Source: Tricharina praecox
Lineage: Eukaryota
Direction: 5' to 3'
Assembly: GCF_024521635.1 (NCBI RefSeq)
Contig: NW_026250418.1
Span: 62,001 to 126,000 of the forward strand
DNA: 64,000 nt
Shown piece after piece: positions 1-12,806 of the stretch. Under the pieces are notes generated by a model. It did no database searches. It was not told where the DNA came from and saw only the letters and a list, made by a program, of their open reading frames with translations. Position 1 is the first letter of the stretch. Each line of letters opens with the position of its first letter. The translations under genes were made by a program, and so were the position numbers.

Positions 1-59
1 GTGAAAATGATTCGGCTGATTGATAATTTCTTAGCACTGATATCCTACGCACCACCTCA

Positions 60-362
60 TCCCTCACCGCTCCACTAGTTGTGAAAAGTAGCAGTATTCT
101 GACTCGGACGCCTAAGGTGCGGCGCCCGGCCCCTATCACAGCGCTCTAGGCAATATATCTCACTCGGCCACCCAAGGCCCACGCCAGAAATCAGGTTTTT
201 ACTCAAGGATTGGCGGATGGCCGTCAACGGCCGTCCTGGGCCTTCCGTCTTGTCCGTCCGCTGAAAAAACCTTGACCGCCACGTCCTAGGCACGGACGGA
301 CGGGAGGCATGCCGTCCGTCTTCGTCCCAGGCCCAGTAGCGGGCACCGGCGGTCACGTCGCT
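60..362. mobile_element. Remnant of a non-autonomous repeat element (GGAC/GTCC-rich, probably hAT-like), homologous to 28487-28690
   Basis: Collinear exact words shared with 28487-28690: gcctaaggt (110 / 28532), gaaatcaggttttt (187 / 28549), gccgtccgtcttcgtcc (311 / 28636); both end in ...cgctg. Confidence 0.6.
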
Positions 363-684
363 GTCTATAATAGCCGTCGACTCGACTCACTCGGAGCGCC
401 TACGATTTGATGGCGACGATTGAGCAAGAGAGAGGGAAATGAAGGAGAAAGGAGTGGTGATAGCGGTGACGGAGAAAGGATCCAGAGGTATTGCACGGAC
501 CGCGGCGAGGACATGCTTATATAGCTGAGGGTTTCGGACTGTCGGAGAATCTACTCGATAGATATTAATCCATCACTTTCTTCCTCGGCCCTCGAACTTG
601 GTCTTCTCATTATTTGAGCAGGGTAGGCTGTTCTTGCTCACTCATTCCGTTCGTTCCGACTCGCAGCAAACACAACGTAGGGCA

Positions 685-941
685 CAGTGTTCGACATAGT
701 CCGGTTGGGACTGCAGCCCGGACCGGACGGACTGCCGAGGTCTGTTCCGGACCGCCTAAAAGTAGTCCGTCCCGTCCATGAATTCCGAGGACTGGAGGGG
801 ACTGCAGTCGACTGCAGTCCGTCCTGACCTCAAACAATTTCGGACTAGTCCGTCCGAACACCGCTCCCGGACGGACTGCCAATATAGAGTCCAGTCCGGT
901 CCGAGGCGCAGGACGGACGGGCCGGACTATGTCGAACACTG
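685..941. mobile_element. hAT-like MITE, 257 bp
   Basis: Perfect 20-bp TIRs cagtgttcgacatagtccgg (685-704) / ccggactatgtcgaacactg (922-941); CAGTGTT end typical of hAT elements; interior rich in ggact/agtcc subterminal repeats; tagggca on both flanks (678-684, 946-952) but offset, so TSD imperfect. Confidence 0.8.
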
Positions 942-1404
942 GTATTAGGGCACCCCGGGCGCGATCCAGAGCGTATTGTCCCATCACCGAGTGTCTGGAG
1001 TCAGAGTCGAGGTCCTGGTAATGGAGAGATAGCTGCTGCGCTGGATGACTGTAAACCGGCCTTGAGGAACATTGTGGAGGGCTTTAGGGGATCAATCTCT
1101 AACAGCTGACTCGGTGGCACGGCAGGATACGGCTGGGAGAGAATATTGGTAGGCGAAACGATTGTTGGGATCAAGACTTTACATCTTCGCGGTACCGCTG
1201 TAACTGTTTTTGTCCATCATCATCATCATACGATAACTTCGCAAGGAACGAGCTGTGCAGTGGGGTATGTGGGGTTCGCTTGATTCCGGGCTTCTCCGTT
1301 TGTACCGTGACGTTCGCGACAGTCGTCACCGTTTCATTACACCTACTGAGGGGCGCGAAGGATGAGGCGGCAGGGCGGTACATATAGGTGAGCAACGGAG
1401 GGGT

Positions 1405-1497
1405 GAGACCTTGTTGAGACCTTGTTGAGACCTTGTTGGGACTTGTATTTAGGAGCAGAGACCTTGTTGGGACCAGGGGGGACCTGGTGGGACCTAT
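1405..1497. repeat. 11-bp minisatellite (gagaccttgtt) x3 followed by degenerate copies
   Basis: Direct reading of sequence. Confidence 0.8.
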
Positions 1498-4400
1498 GTG
1501 TTATGGAGGGCAGACCCGATGCGGTCGTTGAACGTTGAAATGTTTTCCGTTGCTGCTTTTCTGTTCGTCTTGTCGGTCCTTCTTTTCAACACAACAGACA
1601 TCATCCTCATACACCTCTCGTTCAATTGAATCACGTTTTATATTCTCGTACCCGTTCTTGGGTCTCATTACCTGTGTCACTCGTCAAAGCCCCACCCAAT
1701 GATTCCACCTCAACCTCCGAGTGCAACGGTCGTGAAAGTCAAAGGACCAATCTTGAGGGTGGAATGCGATGTTTGCTGAAGCTGAGGGTAGGTGCTCGGG
1801 TGGAGGGGTACCTACTCTGTATAGGTTCTAGGTCGCCAGCTGAAAAGGTGACTCTTCCCTGCCAATTCCACGAATGATTGGCCATGACGGTTTTTGGAAC
1901 CCCAAATAGCACGTGGAGCGCACGCAGCCGGCCCTAGTTACATGACAGCGTGAGCTTCAGAGAGAAGGACGACGGATAAAAACCAAAGCGAAGGCGGAGG
2001 AGTGGTTGTTGAGTCAATAGGTATGTAGGAAAAAACTCCAGGTTAATACCTATATAGTCTGCACAAGTCCGCCGCACCCGGCAGTCCTTGGAGAAGTCAC
2101 ACCAAGCGCAAACAGCTAACGACACGACATGCAGGCTCCCCTCCCGGGCGGACTCGATGGGTTTCCTTGCCGAGACGAGACGAGTATCTTATCCCAGCAC
2201 AACGAGGTCCGTACACAGGTAAAGCAACCCCATACATACACAAAACCAAAGGTGCCGCGGTTTCACCACAGCCACGGATTTCAAGCCGTCTCCTCCGTGG
2301 AGCGGCCATTCCTCCGAAGCGGCTGCGGGGGGGGGGAGGAACAAACAGCCAAATACAGATGTGGGTGTACTCGATGCTGACCACAGTCATGGGAAGAAAT
2401 ACCTTATGGTTTCCACAAATTTCCGCGAGACAGTTGAGCGAATTCAAACACTTTCTTTTCCTTTCAGGAAGATGCCTGGGCAAAGGTTTCACTCCTCTAG
2501 AAAACTTGTACCAATTGGCGGAGCTCCTACACACATGTGACACAACCCAGCATACATAACTACAATCGCATGTTCGTCGGCGACCAGCTTTGACAGCCCG
2601 CGGACACCACTCCGCTGTTGATTGTTCACGTCGCAGCCCTCGCTTATCCCATCAAGCTAGGTATCATAGGTACGTCGTCCCGCATCACTCCTCACCGCAC
2701 TGCTTTTTCCACAAAGTTCCAGTAGGCATGTCATATGTGCATACATAGTTCTCTGAGAATCGGGTCACCGGTAACCATCGATTGTCGCAATGCCGCCCCC
2801 ACTGACTAACTAGTGGCCTACAGTAGATGATCCGGAACACTCATCGCGATGCGCGGTCAATTCCGACTCCTCACGGAACCCAATCAATCCAGATGAGGCT
2901 GCACAGATACTCGTATCTTGCGGACCCACGTGTAGGGCGAATATTGTCTCACCTTATTCACCCCAGCTCTTCCTTGCATCGGTGGTTGTATGTACTATAA
3001 GTGCATATCGTCTCTGGGGAGAAGCAGAAGGTGTGTACCATACATGGAGTATTTATACGCATCGAACACCGTCGGTCCTGGGTGGAATAGGTAGTTACGG
3101 GCTGCAGCTTCCAAGAGCAGACTGCGTGCACTACACGGGTCGCCAATATTTGATGCGATGCATCCTGCAGGGACTCAGACCGCAACCCCAATGCACCCAT
3201 AAGCGCGGCAATTGTATGGTTCGGATTGTCAAAACTTACCTTTATAGGCGTGTGCGGAAGGCGTCGAGTCCTGCTGGGTATGGTGTCTGAACAATTGTCG
3301 GTTTCTTTCTTTCGACATCAGCGGTGTCTCGGCATCCTCAACTCACCAGCCATACCGGTAATTATTGCTACTTGTTTGTCCCTATGGCTGCTTTGTTGGC
3401 TGTCGTCGAAGCCTTTTATGATAGGTAGGCAAGTTCTTGGTTGTATCTCGATACTTATGCACTTGGGGCTAAGGAGCTGGGGGTCCACATCGAGATTCCA
3501 AAATAGTGCGATTGCGGCAGTTACGAACGACTTGCGACGGAAGCAAAGTCCTTTTTGTCGATCGTATTCCGGTGGCTGCAGCTTGGTTCTTTTCAGCACG
3601 GCCGGTAGTTGCTGAACTGGAGGCCGTGCGCAATAGGACTAGAATCTTCGCCTCGCGTCCCGTCCTTTCTCCAACCTTTCATTCATCGCCTGAAGACTCT
3701 TCCACGGTGGAACTCAAGCCAAATACCACTCCAATCCTCTAACCAACTACCATGACAATAACAACGGCCCACGACTTATGTTGCGAAAATATCAACATCG
3801 CGACCCCCTCCCCCCCGCTCCCCGACAGCGACGGTTTCGATCCGGTAGATACGACTTCCTCCAACATTCGTCGAGTTGCCACGGTCGGTTGTGGCGAAAA
3901 GGGCCGGTTCTTGTCGGATAATCCACGAATGAACCATCAACAATTCGAAAAGTCACCATCAGCCGTGTCGCGTCCGATTCCGATGTCCGATTCCGATGTC
4001 CGATTCCGTTTGTTGTGCGGGAAGGACTACATAACCCGGAAGCTTTTACAGCCAAAGCAGCCCATGTTTCGGCCAGTGTCAACGACGCCGATGCGAGGGA
4101 CGGTTGTTCGACAGTCCACCTCCACCTCTGCCACTACCACCATTGCCCGGCCATCACCACCATTGTCCGGCCACCCCAGCCATAGCCACACAGCTCATGC
4201 GAATCTTACCATTGGCCCACACAACTTTTTCCGGAACACAGCGGAAACATGGAAGATACCATCGCTAACCACGTGGGAGACAGCATGCGCATCCCTTCTA
4301 GTCATTCGCGGCCCGTTGATTTGTGTCGGCTTCCTGGAAACACGAGACCTTGGTGTCCATGGCCGGTATTAACCTGTGTTCCCTACCATTAATGTCCACC

Positions 4401-7392
4401 AATCACAGTACGGAAACGGAAGCCTTACAGATAGCGTGGGGGCCATTTTGTGTTTCGAGCTCCTCCTCGAGATGAGACTATCAAGATACTGGGAGTTGAA
4501 TCATGATTGATCGTTTCGTATATTTTTCCGAGGGGCAGGCTGTTATTGGATAAAGTCGAAATGGTTTCATGGAGATTCCTTTGCGATGTTACACCGAACT
4601 GAACTGACAGGGTCGGGCCTTTATCATTATCACACCCGAGAAAAAGGCATTGAAGATCGCGCTTATATAGAAGCAAATTGATTCCCACCCATCTTGTGGG
4701 ACTTTGTCAATCCGGTACCATGCAGGAACGACCTACGCTACGGAGAATTAATTCGGATAAGGAAACCCACCCTATGCGTCGACCAGTTGCATCTACTGTT
4801 CCCTCGGCGAACCCCCCCGTATACACGAAACAGCTGCAATGGTTCGCTGCATCGAGGGGGAAACACTATTGCCGCGAAACTGCCGAACTCCCCAGCAATT
4901 AAGAATGCGCCATCTCCTCGCTTTCCGGACTGTTGCTGCACAACACGAGAGATCGGGTGTGCTCACCTGCGAGTGAATATCGCTGTAGCATGCAGTTCCC
5001 AGCAGGATCGAAAATCGCCACCCACAGTCGGATCTCGCTCGACAAAGAGGCTCGCTTACTGCCGCCGACTCGACGGGAACGATTCGGTCACTCTAGCCCC
5101 TTCACCTGAACGGACGAACGGGTGAGTGGCGGTGATCGATGCTGCCCTACCGGTATCCTTTCGTGAACGTCTGACGGAGACTTTGATGCCCAGCCTCAGC
5201 ACAGAACATGTATCGGGTCATCTTGGATAGGATGGAAGGGTTTCGAATGGCCGGATTCAAAATTCCATCGACGCTGGACAGAAAAAAGCGATCACATCGT
5301 CCCATTGAAACCTAGCGCCTCGACACGCCATGGGGCTTCGACTTCCAGCGAGCGCGAAATTTCAAAGTCGCTAGCATGCGTAATCCGGCAGCGACGTGGG
5401 CACATCTCCACGAGCGTTATTCCAGAGGTTTGTGCACCACCAGACTATTAAGAATGCGACACAGTGTTCTTGGACTCGAGGCTTCCACCAAAGAAAGTGG
5501 GGGGCCAGTCAGTCGTGCACCTTGCCTTGCCTCCACCGAGTGTAACGGGTGAACAAGAACGGGTCCGCACAGTTGCACAACTTCGGAACGCAATGCGGTT
5601 TTGAGTTTCGAGACTCGCACATGTCACGGAAGGCCTGCGTCAGGTGGGAGTATAAAGACCGGAGCTGCCCTAGGTTCTGGCGCGGAGCGACTTTCTGACC
5701 GTAAAGACCCGAAAGAATCCCCATCAACCTGCTAGACGCACGGATCCGGCATAGAGTTCATGCAACCCAGCCAACACGAAGTCCGATCGGCATCACTGGA
5801 TCGAGCTAAGAATGAACCATGAGAGCGGAGCCATATCATAGCCACAGTGGATTCGCGAGTTCGACGACGACTTCTTCCAATCGTCGACCTTCCATCCTTG
5901 GCCGGAACATTCCGACTGGGCGGGCGACCGTGGGCAATCGGAATGAACAGTCCACGTTCTTCCATAGTAGGTGGCAGTCGTCATAACTAACGTGGCGGAT
6001 TTCCACTAGCTGAGTAGCCACCATCCGAATTCCATGCCGGAGGTGGCGCGAGATATTAGTGCGGCGATGCTCGCTGGATCGACGTGCGCATGAAGGAGGC
6101 GAGGAACCCGCCGCCCTATAAGAAAGACCTCGTCGTCCGACCGTCGAGTTTTCTGCCCTCATCACGCGCGAAGCGAACGCGTACGTCGAGATTCCTCCTC
6201 AAATCCAGTAATGGTTCTCGTCTCCTCCCGCCGAGTTCGATCCGGGTTATTTCTTTGCAATCATCGAGAACGATCGTCGAAGGTGTGGTGGCGGCGACGT
6301 GGGCCGGCATGTAGCAACCGATCGGCCTACCCACGGCAAAATCCGAAGGAAGGACCAAAGAAGCCGGATATTTTTCATGGAAGAGCCTGTTCGGGAGTGC
6401 GATTTATAGCTCACGCTTTCCGTCGGCGGACCGACTCCTCTCGGTTGCTCTCGAAGAGGCCGGTCGCAATACAGTTCGATAGCTGTACTATAGGGAGATC
6501 TGTCACAGGCCAGTTAGAGCGTCGAGATCCAGGTGACAGGGATAAACATCACGGCTTCGCTTCGCGCCTGGGGAAAAGGGCGCTCTCGGTGGTGTTCGTC
6601 CGATACAGAGCGACAGCAAAAAAGTCGTGGGGCCGGTGGTTCAGTGTCTGTCCGAAGTTTGGAGCCTGGAGGAAGGGGATGCTGCGACACACAAATACTT
6701 TTGCAGGCGCCGCCTACGTACCTAGGCAACCGCCAAAGGAATGTGTGCGTGCTGACGGGTGTGTTCCTGCATGAAGCGCAATCAAAGGGATCTCCAGCTC
6801 AGCCGCACCGAAAAATTCTACAGTCGCTTGGACTGAATGTGAGTGCTTCCCATGCAGCATTTCAAGTGTGAAGATAATCTATTTGTATTTACAAATTCTA
6901 AGTAAATACAAATAAAAGCTTTGGGACATATGCCGCAGAACAAGAGGAGGAAAAAAAAGAAGTTGATCTGTATCACATCATCGACAGAAGCTTCCGACAA
7001 ACGGATACGAACGAACTATACATAAGTTATTATACGACGACTGATACGAACAACATAATTCGGAAAGCCAGCCGGAAATGAGGTGGAAGAGAGAAAAAAT
7101 GTCGCGTGTCGGATCGCGGGGGAAAATAAACATGATTTCGTGATGTTTTTACGGCGTTGAAGGGAGAGAGGCATGGGAACGTGTGGAGGGCCGGTGGTAG
7201 CGTGCGAAAGGATGACGATGAAGCCGAAATTATTGGACGACGGCGATGGGACGACGAAGTATTGGGAAGGAAGGAATCGAAGAGAAAAAGCTGTACGCCA
7301 CACGTTAACAATTGCCCTCGAACAACCATTGGACTCGAAGTCAATGCCAATCATGTCATGATATATCGCATAGGTCCAGTCATGAAGCCGCG

Positions 7393-7743
7393 TCATTCAT
7401 GGCGTTCCTTCTTGAGGCTGCGAGGGTTCTCGGATGGATCGAGTGTTGCCAACTTCCGCTTGGCCGTTGGGGGATGAAGAGCAGATGCAATCGAGTTGGA
7501 CGCAACGCTGCTGGCAGAGGATCCTGGGGCTGAGGGATGAGGTGGCGGAGGAGGTGGGGTAGAAGATGGAGGTGACGGCGGTAGACCGTATATTTCGTTT
7601 GGGACAGACAAGCATGCGTTGAGTTCCACTGATGACCGCTCGCAACATACGACATAGACCCTCTCAACCCAACCGGCACAAGAGATTGGTCTCGATTGGG
7701 CCACTTGATTGTTACTGCCGCTATTGCTGGGGGAATTGCCCAT
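7393..7743 (-). CDS. Hypothetical 116-aa protein; possible divergent member of the GW-x-x-RV family; MGxxxS N-terminus, Pro-rich middle, basic C-terminus
   Basis: In-frame ATG at 7743 (MGNSPSNSGSNNQVAQSRPISCAGWVERVYVVCC...PPPPPP...KRKLATLDPSENPRSLKKERHE*); GWVERVYV matches GWRERVYV of 40459-41349; GATAAAAA at 8123-8130 (minus). An out-of-frame upstream ATG at 7793 weakens the call. Confidence 0.45.
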   Translation of the reverse strand: MGNSPSNSGSNNQVAQSRPISCAGWVERVYVVCCERSSVELNACLSVPNEIYGLPPSPPSSTPPPPPPHPSAPGSSASSVASNSIASALHPPTAKRKLATLDPSENPRSLKKERHE

Positions 7744-10600
7744 GTCTTGACCGCTCCCGCTGTTGGAAACGCTTTGCACTCGTCAGGCGACATACGGAGA
7801 TGACATCGATAACGGGATTACATACGCGCCAGCCATCGGATATGCTTTGCACATGCCGTCGAAGTTTTCGGCGGTATAATCGGAGTTGGAACGTTGGTGA
7901 TTCTCTAGCACTCAGACTCGCGGCGTGGAGAGAATGCGGACCCGGAGCGAAGACAACGGCGGAGAAGGAGTGACAATTCTGCCCGGACCGGAACTTGAAG
8001 GAAAGAGCGCTGGGTCTCTGAGGATTTAGTTGGCGTTCGCTAGCTGGATATGAGAGTGAGAGTGGGTTGCATCTGGGAAATAGGGAAGAGAGAAGGCAGC
8101 AGACACTGTGGGGGGAGGGTTCTTTTTATCGGAAGCAAAGGATGGCAAAGCTCTCGTCCTGGCCCAGGCCCAGGGCCTTGTACCCTCCTGCCCTCCCCCC
8201 GCTCCACCTTCTCGCTATTCCTCTTCGCCCTCCTTCTTGCTCACCTCCCTCCCTTCCAAGCTCTCTCCCCGACACGTGTCATTTCCATTGAGATCTCACG
8301 AACATCTGGCAGTTCTCAAGCTCCTGATGGATTTTGGCTGCGCGTGGGTTGCGAAGGTCGGCTAGGCTATGCGCGTGATGTCTGCCTGCTTTCTGAGTCC
8401 ATACAATCAAGTGTCATTCTTGGTCTTCATCAGAAGAACTCGAGTGAAACAAAGGGGTACTTCGCAGCGGGCGCGTTGTGTTTTCGGGCGAAGAGGCGGA
8501 GGGTCCTGATTAGTGACAGGGAAGAGGTGTTGTCTGCTTGGCAACTCTTCTCGTCATTTTTCCATCATCCAGCGCTGACATGCACGCTCTTACAACGAAG
8601 TAGGTATATGCGGATCCAATGCGGATTTAGAGAAATTACGGGTCCGAATCGAACCGTTTGAATCGGCGGTTCAACCAACTCTGGGCCCTAGCTAATGCTC
8701 CTGGAGTGTGTCGGTTCGAAACGCGCCGGAGCACCCGTTACCAACATTTTGGGGTGGAACAATTTTGCGGGCAGGCGTTGCTGCTCCGCTGTCGTTCATC
8801 AGATGAGACCTGGGTGAAGATGTACCAGTACATACGTTAACCCTAGGTTTGCAGGGTCGAAGGCGTCAAGGTCGTATGCACATGTGGTTAGCAGTTGCAA
8901 TGCGGCAAGAGAACAGTGTTTCGGGTTTCACAGTGGAATCACCGCCTCCGACTCCGCTACATCCTAGGTACCTAGTCCATACTTCCACTCAGTGGTAGCT
9001 GCCTTCCTCCTCCCTCACCGCTCGGTTTCCGCCCCCGCCTTTATTTTTGTTCCTCAACAGTTTCATCTCCCGGCTCTCATGGCCGGATGACCTGTTGGCG
9101 GTGAGAAGGCGTGTGTTAGGGAGATAACAGCAACAAAAAAGGCCGATGAACCATGTCGGGTGTCAACTGTGAGCGGATGTTTCGTTATTGGCCCGGAGGA
9201 CAGCCGTTCGTGATGGCCGTTCGGGCCAGCCACCTCGTAGCTTTCGCAGGAATAATGAACCCCCACGCAACCACCATTGGTTTTTCGATCGATACAAAAG
9301 TACAGAGACAATATTTTGGTCTGAGTCGCAGGCGTGCACGGTCCCCGGCCCCCAAAACGAGTTGGAGGGGGGGTTGCGGAGGATCATCCACATCAGCACA
9401 CTAACATCTTCTCGAATCAAGTGCTTTCACAACTCTATTAGAGAGTAACTACTAAGCACCGACACTTGCCCAAGTACGTAGATATTCACCCGAATACATC
9501 CGTGCGTTTAAGTCGGCAATTGTATATAATTTGACACTGCAATTTGGAGGGAGTGAGATGAGGTTCTCCCTCCAACTCGACGAGACGTTCTTCATACCGT
9601 ACCACATACTACGGTGCCCATCCCAAATCAGCCGAGGATCTGATGACTTGGATCTACCGGTACCCTGCCCTCGCCCACCACCCCCGCCCCGTCAAATCGA
9701 TCGTATCGGCATAGATATCCCAATAATCGTCAAAGTGGTGGGTATGGAATGTACCTATCGGTGCATGCAGAGCAAAGCTCCCGTTGTATGTCCTGTATGT
9801 CCTGTAGAGTATAACCTGGCGGCGCGGCCGCGTGTCGTGTCGTGTCGTGCCGACATCACCGCGTTCCTGTACGGGTTCGAACTTCGTATTCTACATGCGG
9901 TCCCAAGTGCAAATACGTTATCTACCGTTCCGCGCGCGCCACCGCCGCTCCTTCACAATCCTGACATACCGGTATGGCTATGTAGATTCCGGTTAGGGTA
10001 GAGTACTAGTAGTGGGCTTCAGCCTTCAGAGGATATGGGTATATACCTGTGGATCTTGGTAGGCAATGATCTACACCTCGAGGGTGGGGGCGGGAGCGCG
10101 GCGGGGGGCGCACTACTCTCTCTCTCTCTCTCTCCCTCTCTCTTCCGGGATTACATAGATGCTCATTTCCACCGGTTCTAACTAACACGACAAGGCCTGT
10201 AACTTACGGGTACGTCAAGATTCTGCTGTGCGGTGAATCGTTTCCGGACTCTTCGGGCTGTCAAAATCAGTCAGGTACTGTACTAGTAGAGTACATACCA
10301 GGTACTTCATGTGTACGTCTGATCATCCGTCCATCGGCGGATCTATGTCTCTCTCTTCGACACAAATTACGAATCTAAGCTATGTGCAGTGTACACAGCC
10401 AAGTATCAAGTATCAAGTACCTACCAAGTAGGTCAGGCTTCACGCCTCGGAGAGTCGAAGTCGGCCCCCACCCCCATTTTCCACAAATCAATCGAAAAAC
10501 AAACCTCACGCACACGCACACGCACACGCACACGCACCGAACGGCGAATCCTGCAGCCGGGAAAATATGTAACAGACACTCTACTCTATGTAGAGTAGAG

Positions 10601-10673
10601 TGCATATGTACATATGCTGTTCAAAAGTCTTCTGCATATGTACATATGCTGTTCAAAAGTCTTCTGCATATGT
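10601..10673. repeat. 32-bp tandem duplication, each unit with a 16-bp perfect palindrome gcatatgtacatatgc
   Basis: tgcatatgtacatatgctgttcaaaagtcttc at 10601 and 10633, partial third copy at 10665. Confidence 0.9.
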
Positions 10674-12504
10674 GCGCCACCAACCTTCTCAATTCCTTTG
10701 AGATCCGGGGGGGGTAATTCTCCGGGGGTGGGGTGGGGGGTGAAGGAAGGAAGGAAGGAAGAGTCGTGGAACGGTTAAGGGGCCAGACCACCGGGGCCCC
10801 CATGGCTTTTGTGGGAATCTCCAGTATCTGTCAGGTATGCAATGGATAGGTGGGTGCTCCAGTTATGTATGACGGTGCTTTCTCTCTCTTACCCGCGCTA
10901 CTATTTCACACCTAGGTAACTATACTACTGTATGATATGTAGTAGGTATTCCATTGACTCAAGCCTCATGCAGGAAACTTTTCGGCCTGGTGATCCAGAG
11001 CTCAACACTTGAGCTCTGCGCTTGAGCTTGAGCTAGAGCACCGAGTGGGAGATGAGGGGACATGGTCCTGTGTCAACGAGCTAGCGCAAAAATGCTAGGG
11101 CCTGGCATAGGTACCGCATCTACTCAACGTATGATATTCGTAGGGGAGCCGTAAGGAGGCGGGTTATACCATACGGTACTCTACACCAGCATGGAGGATT
11201 GAGCTACCGCAGGTACTCTACATACTTTAGATTCGGGGCGAATAGAGTGTCAGTGCCAGTGCCAGTGGGAAGAGTGTTTGTGGAGGAACGTCCCAGGATT
11301 GAATGCCCCTAGCTATATTTCGCTAGCAGGATTTCCAACAAAGTAGGTAACGGGGCAGATCTGACACCAATGATCTCCGATTCTCGCTGGCTTGTAATTG
11401 GCTAGAAGTTAGATACCTAGAGCACTGTGGAACTTCCCCAGCACTTGGAGATCCTCCCGCAGGCCCGCACCAACAGAGTGCTCTCGTCACATTTTCAAAG
11501 TGATAGAGTGATGGCTCCGTGTGCACCCACCAGTACTATATTCTGCGCGAAACTTGTCATGACGTAAGGACCTCTGGCGAGTCGCACACTATCGGCGGCA
11601 GGTGTCATGATTCGTCACATATCAAACCTCTGATCCCTGAAGCCTCGGGGACGAAGTGATGATACCTATAGTACTCTAACTCATACGGCACGGGCAGACC
11701 GCAGACCGTAGAGAGGGCTCCGTCGCGGCGAGGCTGGCTGGCCGGCCGGCACTTGCATATGGGTGGCAAATCTCGAAAGAAACAAGCCGATGTGCGCTGT
11801 GTACCGTACCGGGGCACCGTACTGCATCAGCAAGTCAATCAGCGCGCGGCAGCGGCGGCGGCGGCGGGGAGGCCGATGGCAAAAATTAAATCAATTGCAA
11901 AATAAAATTCATGCGGGCTGTTGGAACTTGGGCGGGGGTCTCGTCTCACGTGGTGCTACCACAAAGTGAGTAGGTACGGTACTCTATGACGATCTAGGTA
12001 CCGGTGGTTGCCGTGCGAGGCGGAGGAAGAAGAAGAAGCAGAAGACCTCAACATGAGTGCGATACGCATACGGAACTCTACCTACCCACCCGCTTGTAAG
12101 TTCCCAGATCGCGATCCGACCGTCCCGGAGAGCGGAATGCGAACTCCTCACAAGTCGTGGGAGCAGGGCTTTCCCTCCATCAATCCATACATCTAGGCGG
12201 AGCTGGCAGGGAAGGCGGGTTTGTGGTCACTGTTCGCCATACAACACAGTTCCCACTCTAGTCCAGATAGGCCGCAGGTATGCAACAAGAAATGTGTGTT
12301 CTCTCCGCCTCTCCTCACGAGACAGCAATTGTTGGCTGTGCAAACGGCCAGCCATATTAAGAGAAAAGCAAATTCCAACCGTGTGCAACTTCTAGGTACA
12401 ACAACCAGGATTTATCCCAAACACCCGCAGCAACCCTGTATCTAGACACCCCCCCCCCCCCCCCCCCCTTCCATCTATGATCCCTCAGCTTATCCCAAGC
12501 ATCC

Positions 12505-12806
12505 CTAACAACCACCACCACCATCTCCTCCGCCCCCTCCTCCGCCATCTCCTCCACCTCCTCCTCCGCCGCTATGCGAGAGTAAGCCGACTGCTCAATT
12601 CACGGGGGGTACGAAAGGACTTACCTATCACCGCCCCAACCACCACCACCTCCCCCACCGCCGCCGCCGCCACTGTAACGACGTCTTTGCTTCTTCTTCT
12701 TCGGTGTGGCTGCAGGCTGCGCGGTACTTCCCGGTGGCTTGCGGGGGCCATATGACATGGTGTTGTTGGGATCGTTGGCCTTCTTGCTAGAGGATCCGAA
12801 ACACAT
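12505..12806 (-). CDS. Small Gly-rich protein, 82 aa, 2 exons (12806-12625, 12571-12505)
   Basis: ATG 12806; intron 12624-12572 GTAAGT...GCTTAC...CATAG; splicing joins two poly-Gly tracts in frame: MCFGSSSKKANDPNNTMSYGPRKPPGSTAQPAATPKKKKQRRRYSG11WGGDSG7DG7DG4C*; Gly codons vary (GGC/GGA/GGT/GGG), unlike a plain microsatellite. Confidence 0.75.
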
